From Nemertoderma westbladi (taxonomy: Eukaryota; Animalia; Xenacoelomorpha), in NCBI GenBank assembly GCA_032718475.1, contig JAUCBJ010006607.1, positions 1 through 40,435 on the forward strand: a stretch of 40,435 bases of DNA, given 5' to 3'. The position numbers were made by a program, and so were the translations under genes. This document shows, piece after piece, positions 34,483-40,435 of the stretch; position 1 is the stretch's first letter; every line of letters begins with the position of its first letter. The notes below the pieces were generated by a model. The model saw only the letters and a list, made by a program, of their open reading frames with translations, searched no databases and was not told the origin of the DNA.

Positions 34483-37400
34483 ATGGTTTGGTTTGAATTT
34501 CTCGCTGTGTTCAGAGCAGACAACTTCAGTGGTATCTATTTGGTTTACTAGTAGTCTATGTAATGTTGGACGACTCGCTTTGTTCTTGTTGTTTACCAAG
34601 GGATATGATTTTTTCAATATGTGAAATATATTGCAGCAAAGATGCACAAATCCATCACTCGGAAAACACAATCCCCCTCTGTCACGAAACGAAATGTAGC
34701 GAATATTCGTGTAGAACTTGATTGGGATTTATCTTTTAGATCGCATCTGGTACATGAACACAACGCATCTGAATTAGGAATTGACTGAACTGCCCATCCA
34801 GCCACGTCTGAAATAATCAATAGAGATTCGTCGTCGAATATATCAAAATCATCATCTGCTGATAGTTTCGTAATTATTGGTCGTATATCTTCACTATTAG
34901 TTTTATCAAGGCAGTCAATGACATCTTGGTTGGATTGTAGAGCAGCTTTGATTTGAATTATCTTGTTTGAGTTAGTGGCTTCCCGCAGACTTACAAGGAA
35001 GCGACCTCCCGACATCTGGCGATATTTGCTGAAATGTAACTCAATTTCATCGTCTCCAAGGACTGCCAGGTTAAATAATTGGTATTCGAGTTTGTTGAAG
35101 ACCAAATCTAGGACCTTTATTGTGTTAGCAACCCTGCTTTATTTGAAGACTTCCACCTTGTCAGCCAGTCAAGGAAGGTTTGAAGGAAACTTTGCCGCTC
35201 ACTGTCATAACAACTGAGTGTTCTTGTGTAAGGATTAGACGTATTATGTTTACAGTTCATAAACTCCCAGAAGAGTCTAATAACTGGAAGTAATCAGCTG
35301 TGTCATTATGGAAGTTCTCTGTGCCACCACCCAAATACCATCTGAGGGCATCGATAGTACTATCATGGTACAGGTTGAGCATAAGCTGGGTGTTTTGCTT
35401 GCGCTTTCCAACGTTGATTATTGCATAAGTGAGCTTGTGGGCTTTTCGCAGATTGACTGAAGAATCACAATTAATTCTTTCTGTATCCATCTGATACACC
35501 ATACGAACATCAGACATCGACACTTTAGCATTTGCTCCTATTTGAAATACGTCATTCATATAACTCCACTTAAATTCAGGAGGATAAAATATGCCGGTGT
35601 TAAATAAGTTATTTCGTGTATTCTTCATGAGTTGATTATAATCAAACAACGGAATTATATCACAAAGCTCTGGTTCATATATAATCTTTGAGTAAGCATT
35701 GACATTAACTGAAAGGCCATCAGTAACAAACACTCGTGGCTGAAACTCGGCCTCTTTTAAATGTTTCACAACTTCCTTGAATTCTTTTATCAACATGTCT
35801 CCAGTTAATGTCTCGTAACATGGCACTGACTTGACAATTATTCCATTTCCCCCACTTAGAGCTCTTACCATAATATCCAGCAGGGTCTTTGGTGAATCAA
35901 TAATACCTCCTGCACTAAATATTGATTCTCTCTGTAAGTAAATTTCATCCGCGTATATTACAACATTCTGATCCATACCAATGCTCTTTAGAAGTGTATA
36001 AACTTTTACATCACCTCTTGTCAACTTTTCAAAGAATGAAATGCTGGGTAGGTTTGGCATCAGCTTCAAGAGCTCTTTATATCCATTCCTGCTCTTATAA
36101 CGTAGAATAAGACACTTTCTAATGATATTCTTGGGGTATATTCCTATCTTTTTATAATTGCGGTACTCGTCTAGAAATTCCATGAAATCTGAGTCAAAAT
36201 TAGGCAATGAATGAAACTTGACCTCATTCATTAGCCTAAGCAAAACGCTTTTCTTCTGAACTTTATTATACCCACTTTTGTTACATGGTAAATAGCTAGA
36301 ATTAACAAGGGGTATTTTAGAGGTATTTTGAGAAACAATAAAGTACGTCGTTGAGATCTTAAGGAAGTAATTCAGTTTTAGATTTTCGGGGGAAATCTCA
36401 TAAATCATAATTCCATCTTCACTTTCAACATCACACTTACACGCATGTACCTCCCTATTCTTAAAAACATCCTCGTCTTCAATCCATTTCTTTATATTTC
36501 CCAACTGCCACTCTAATTTGTCTTCTTCAACTAATTTTCTATTTTCGAGTAGGTTGTATAGTGTGGGATCAACTTTTCGTTTAGTTGGTGACTTTCGTAG
36601 TGGAGATGGTAATGGCACAACCAATGTAAATATTGAAGGAATTGATTCCTTTTTGAGATTGGAACTTCGAAACTGCAAATTTCTGTTCATCATAAAATCC
36701 TTCGGCTCGAAGTGAACTTTACAAATTCGATCTTTATCGTAATCGAATTCTCGACCTAACAAAAATATTAATCTAAAATAATTAATACGGCTAGTGTTCC
36801 GCCCGTGCGAGTATTTCTATTTCACATTGCAATGTAAACTAATTACTACTGAATACAAAAACTCGAATCAATAATCAATTAAATGTTCAAAAAATTTGTA
36901 TTACTAGCTAATTTATAATTTCTAAATAACTATCGGTACCTAGTATTTAAAAATTTTTTTTTTAAATTTGGTATTAAATTTAGTATTATAAATGTTATAG
37001 TTTCAGGTAGCTAGCAATTTTTAAGATAGCTAGTATTTTTATAACATAGGTGTAGCTTGTGTGACAATTTTTTAAATTAAAATTTTTATTTTTTCGATTT
37101 GTATTATTGGAAAGTGTTATAGAACATAAGTAGATATGTTGTTTTTATGGTAGCAAGTGTTTTTTTTACGAGCTAGTATCTTTTGAAACTATAAAAATGT
37201 TGACATATTTGGCAATAAAATTGTTAAAAGTTGAAAATGATTTTTTTTTTAATTACTAGCTAATTTAAAATTAAAAAATTACTAGCTATATGTTCTAGGT
37301 CATTTTATTTTTTATTTTATTCTAGAATAGTTAAATAACTTTTATATGGTGTTCTCTAACTAATATTGAAGCCATAGTAACAATGATTAAGGATCATACG

Positions 37401-37886
37401 CATACGCATGTTTCATACGGATAGCCGTTTTTTTTAACTAGCTAGTATTTTTTGAAATTATAAAAAAATGTGAAAACATTGATTCTAAAATGTTTTCCAA
37501 TATTAAAAAAACACTAAATAAATTTTTTTTTTTAATTTTCAAAAATACTAGCTAGTAAAAAAAATACTACTAGATGTCAGAAAAAAATGTCTACTAAGGT
37601 TCTAGAACAATCACCAATGTTCTAGAAATTATAAAATGCAATAAAACCAAATAAAAAGACATGCAAATTTTATAAATTTGCTGTACCATGGCTACACACA
37701 TACTATAGTAGTACCAAATAGATAACATGTCGTAGAACATTTCATGCATGATATAATAATAAAATCCTTACCTGGCGTATTCTGCCCCTGACGAATCGCT
37801 TGTTTCCATTCATTGCAAACAGCAACATCAATAGGAAACCGGTGCAAAAGGTCTTTTGACTTGCAAACTAAACAAGTACGTGGCAT
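34453..37886 (-). pseudogene. THAP-domain P-element transposase, two exons (37886-37772; 36755 onward), at least three frameshifts in the 3' part
   Basis: Spliced THAP: MPRTCLVC...HRFP...W...G/REF...ICKVHF...SIPSIF. Catalytic motifs YADEIY, VTDG, FDYNQLMKNTRNN, DDEIELHFSKYRQMSGG, DRGGLCFPS. Frameshifts near 35272, 35125 and 34690. Confidence 0.9.
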
Positions 37887-38480
37887 GATGTAGATACTGT
37901 AGTTCACTATGTGTAGCCAGTGAAGTAATGAAGGCCCTACTGTGTAGAGACTAAAGGTTACCGCGATGTAGGCCTACTGGTTAATACTGTAGTAATCGAA
38001 AAATTATCGGTTAAAATATTGTTTTAAAATAGTGCAGCTGTAGCTAGTTGTGGTAATAATAATATTGTTGACAAACCAACGCATCAATATTACAACAGCG
38101 CAGTTCAAGAGTAATGGCAGTACTACTTGTTGCCATAGAAATATATCGCAAATAAGCTTAAATCGCCCCCAACGATGCATTTCTTGTTGGCAAATTTGAA
38201 AACTTTGACGGATTATATCTCGAGAACGCTCCGGTCGAATTTGCTTAAATTTTTTTTCTGGGGTTTCTATGGCATATACTACCACTTTATTGAAAAAAAT
38301 TTCGGGGCCGAAAAAATAACACTAATGCGGATCCGTGTATATTTAGTATTCCATGGCCTAACTTATCTTCATATTTGAAAAAAAAAAAACTAACCTCAAC
38401 CAACTTCAGTTCCGACAATCCTTCTCTATCAATCAACTAACATCCGTTCCGACATCCAACATCCAACACCGACATCCAAG

Positions 38481-38834
38481 ATGGCATTTTCTTTCATTGA
38501 AAATAGCGACGACTGTTTACTAAAATTTGATGCTGATGGAGATGACCTTTATTTCACTTCATTAAATGTAACTGAATTACATTTAAAAAACAACAACGGA
38601 GAAATAACAATAATGATTAAAAATAAAACCAGCGGCAGCCAAGGTCACCAAACCACATTGACGACCAATAAAAACTTCAATCTAAACGTTAGAGTACAAC
38701 CTGGAGCGGCGCATCAAATAAGTTTAGACAATTATAGTAGGGGAGAGAACTGGGGTGAACATGAAGATATAGCAGCAGTTCCAGTTCCAACACCAACTCT
38801 ACTACTTCCATCTGATCCGAGAATACGTCAGTAG
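38481..38834 (+). CDS. 117-aa hypothetical protein of the Polinton-like element
   Basis: Clean ATG-TAG ORF; a diverged homolog at the syntenic position of the second copy (7789-8117) supports coding status. Confidence 0.7.
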   Translation: MAFSFIENSDDCLLKFDADGDDLYFTSLNVTELHLKNNNGEITIMIKNKTSGSQGHQTTLTTNKNFNLNVRVQPGAAHQISLDNYSRGENWGEHEDIAAVPVPTPTLLLPSDPRIRQ

Positions 38835-39155
38835 ACTCATACAGCAAGTAGACTCATAGGTCTATATAATTAGTCATGTGTGTTACCGGTATCAGTAGGT
38901 TTTTGTTTTGTATTGTATTGTATATTTTATATTTTATATCTAATTAAAAAAAAAGCGAATACATAAATAAACTAACTATGTTTTATAGGCCTATAGGTCT
39001 ACAACATGAAGTGAATGAATGAACTTGGGCGCGGTGAATTTTATATATTGCTAGCCACACTTATTGTATCAATGTGCTAGGCGGCTTTCAGTTGAGGAGT
39101 AGTGATTAGGCCTATTGCCTAACCGAATGAAGGTGCGCCTAGTATGAATTCTAAA

Positions 39156-39359
39156 GGTCAACATTCGAAAAAGGGGGCCGCATAAAGTTAACTATAGCTG
39201 TATAGGCTTGCCTATGCAACAGTAGTAGCCCACAGTAATGTAGATTAGACCAACCATATTGGGTCAACATTCGAAAAAGGGGGCCGCATAAAGTTAACTA
39301 TAGCTGTATAGGCTTGCCTATGCAACAGTAGTAGCCCACAGTAATGTAGATTAGACCAA
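39156..39359. repeat. Recent direct duplication of 98 bp (period 106)
   Basis: ggtcaacattcgaaaaagggggccgc...gattagaccaa identical at 39156-39253 and 39262-39359. Confidence 0.95.
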
Positions 39360-39862
39360 TTAAAGTTGTAAACATAAAATTGGAAGCATTCAAGTATAAT
39401 AGCCTAATCCTTAAATCAAAGAAACCAGCACCAGCATGCCCTTGCTCTATTCAAGTATACAGGTACAAGAGTGCTACGGTGCCGGTACCAGTAGGCCTAT
39501 TGTTAGGTGGGCCTCCTCTAATGCTGCATTCACGAACCCCCATGTCGACTTAATTTAATTTTATTATTAGTAAGTACGGTACCGGTAACGCTAAAGCTCT
39601 GTGGTTGCTGTCGGGGCCATTCTGCCATTCTACAGTTTAGCGTTGTTGGTATATGTAGTAAAATCAGCTAGCTACTGGTAGTTAAACTCTGATACAACAG
39701 CCGGCTACCGGTAGGTGCGGTGTGTTTGTGTGTGTGTGTAAACTTAAGCCCTACACCTTCAGTCAAACTGAGATATTAAAAAATAGATTTTAATGTTTTT
39801 ATTATTTTTATTGACATTAAAACAATTATATTATCCCATCACATTACATGCTTAGAGTAAAC

Positions 39863-40435
39863 CTACAGTACATCTTCCACCGCAGTTATTTCTTTCTGTT
39901 TATCATCATCATCATCAGTCGCAGTTAAACGCGTTAAACGCTTTCTCACGAAAAATCGTTTCAATTCAAACCCACCGACCTGTTTTGCTGAGCAATACCG
40001 CAGACAGTTATCCTTTGTGTTTAAGTGGAACGCACATTTATTTTCCAGTGCAATAAATTGATCGTGGAAGCGACAGGGGGTTAAATAATTGTAATATTGC
40101 TGATTATATATCCACAATTTCTCCATCGAATTTGCTGCGAGAACATCAAGTTGGGAAACTAATATTGCCCGCTTCATCAACCCAAATACATGTATATTTT
40201 TTTATATTTTAAATGTCTCTTCATGTATTTTTTAAAGTCATCTTGCGAAATGTCGCCGTAATCCCAAGGTAAATGCGAAGTCATGTCTCGTAAATTGTTT
40301 ACGTGAGCTACATCTAAAGCTGATAACTTAATATTAGGCGGGGCTTTAATTAAAAACGTCTTTACATTAGTTTTGGTGTAATTAGAATCGAATATAGCAA
40401 ATTCTTTAAATACTACTGGATACTCTTTATTGTCT
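39863..40435 (-). pseudogene. Polinton-associated conserved protein (possibly DEDD/DnaQ exonuclease-like), 5' end outside window, frameshift in a homopolymer
   Basis: Open frame from the window edge: ...VVFKEFAIFD...FLIKAPP...HLPWDYGDIS; shift at the T7 run 40197-40203 into IHVFGLMKRAIL...CAFH...CSAKQV. Matches the KE.A...PP...HG..W..G...YVKG..K...C..H...CA pattern I recall from Polinton hypothetical proteins. Confidence 0.55.

Larger units (their letters stand above)
33408..38355 (-). mobile_element. P-superfamily (THAP9/Galileo-like) DNA transposon, structurally complete
   Basis: TIRs of about 131 bp (33408-33538 and 38225-38355) starting CATGG and ending CCATG; 7-bp TSD GCCTAAC at 33401-33407 and 38356-38362; encodes a THAP transposase. 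Confidence 0.95.
26871..40435 (+). mobile_element. Polinton/Maverick- (adintovirus-) like endogenous element, partial; continues past the right edge
   Basis: Protein-primed PolB plus compact intronless accessory genes; second decayed copy at 5.7-8.1 kb. No integrase, ATPase, protease, capsid genes or TIR seen in this window. Confidence 0.8.

Noticed and set aside
33952-34523. Thr/Val-rich and His/Cys-rich ORFs
   Set aside because: Translations of the 30-bp minisatellite in several frames.

Overview
AT-rich eukaryotic (probably invertebrate animal) genomic DNA made almost entirely of nested mobile elements, plus one host-like gene, an intronless divergent SLC6/NSS transporter (1017-3104, minus). 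The main feature is a Polinton/Maverick- (adintovirus-) like element from about 26.9 kb to beyond the right edge. It carries a PC4-like ssDNA-binding protein, a protein-primed family-B DNA polymerase (one stop, one frameshift), a two-repeat TBP-like gene overlapping the polymerase 3' end, a small orphan ORF and a convergent Polinton-type conserved gene. A complete P-superfamily THAP transposon (131-bp TIRs, 7-bp TSD, intron-split THAP domain) is inserted in it. An internally deleted second copy of the same element lies at about 5.7-8.1 kb and allows the disrupted genes to be reconstructed. Between the two copies are a Helitron/Helentron-like non-autonomous element, foldback MITEs, a decayed BEL/Pao LTR retrotransposon with a 1.4-kb internal tandem duplication, a 73-bp hairpin-forming tandem array and a truncated CRE-like non-LTR element. 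A further MITE and a Penelope GIY-YIG relic lie just left of the deleted copy. All family calls come from motif recognition by eye; no searches were run.
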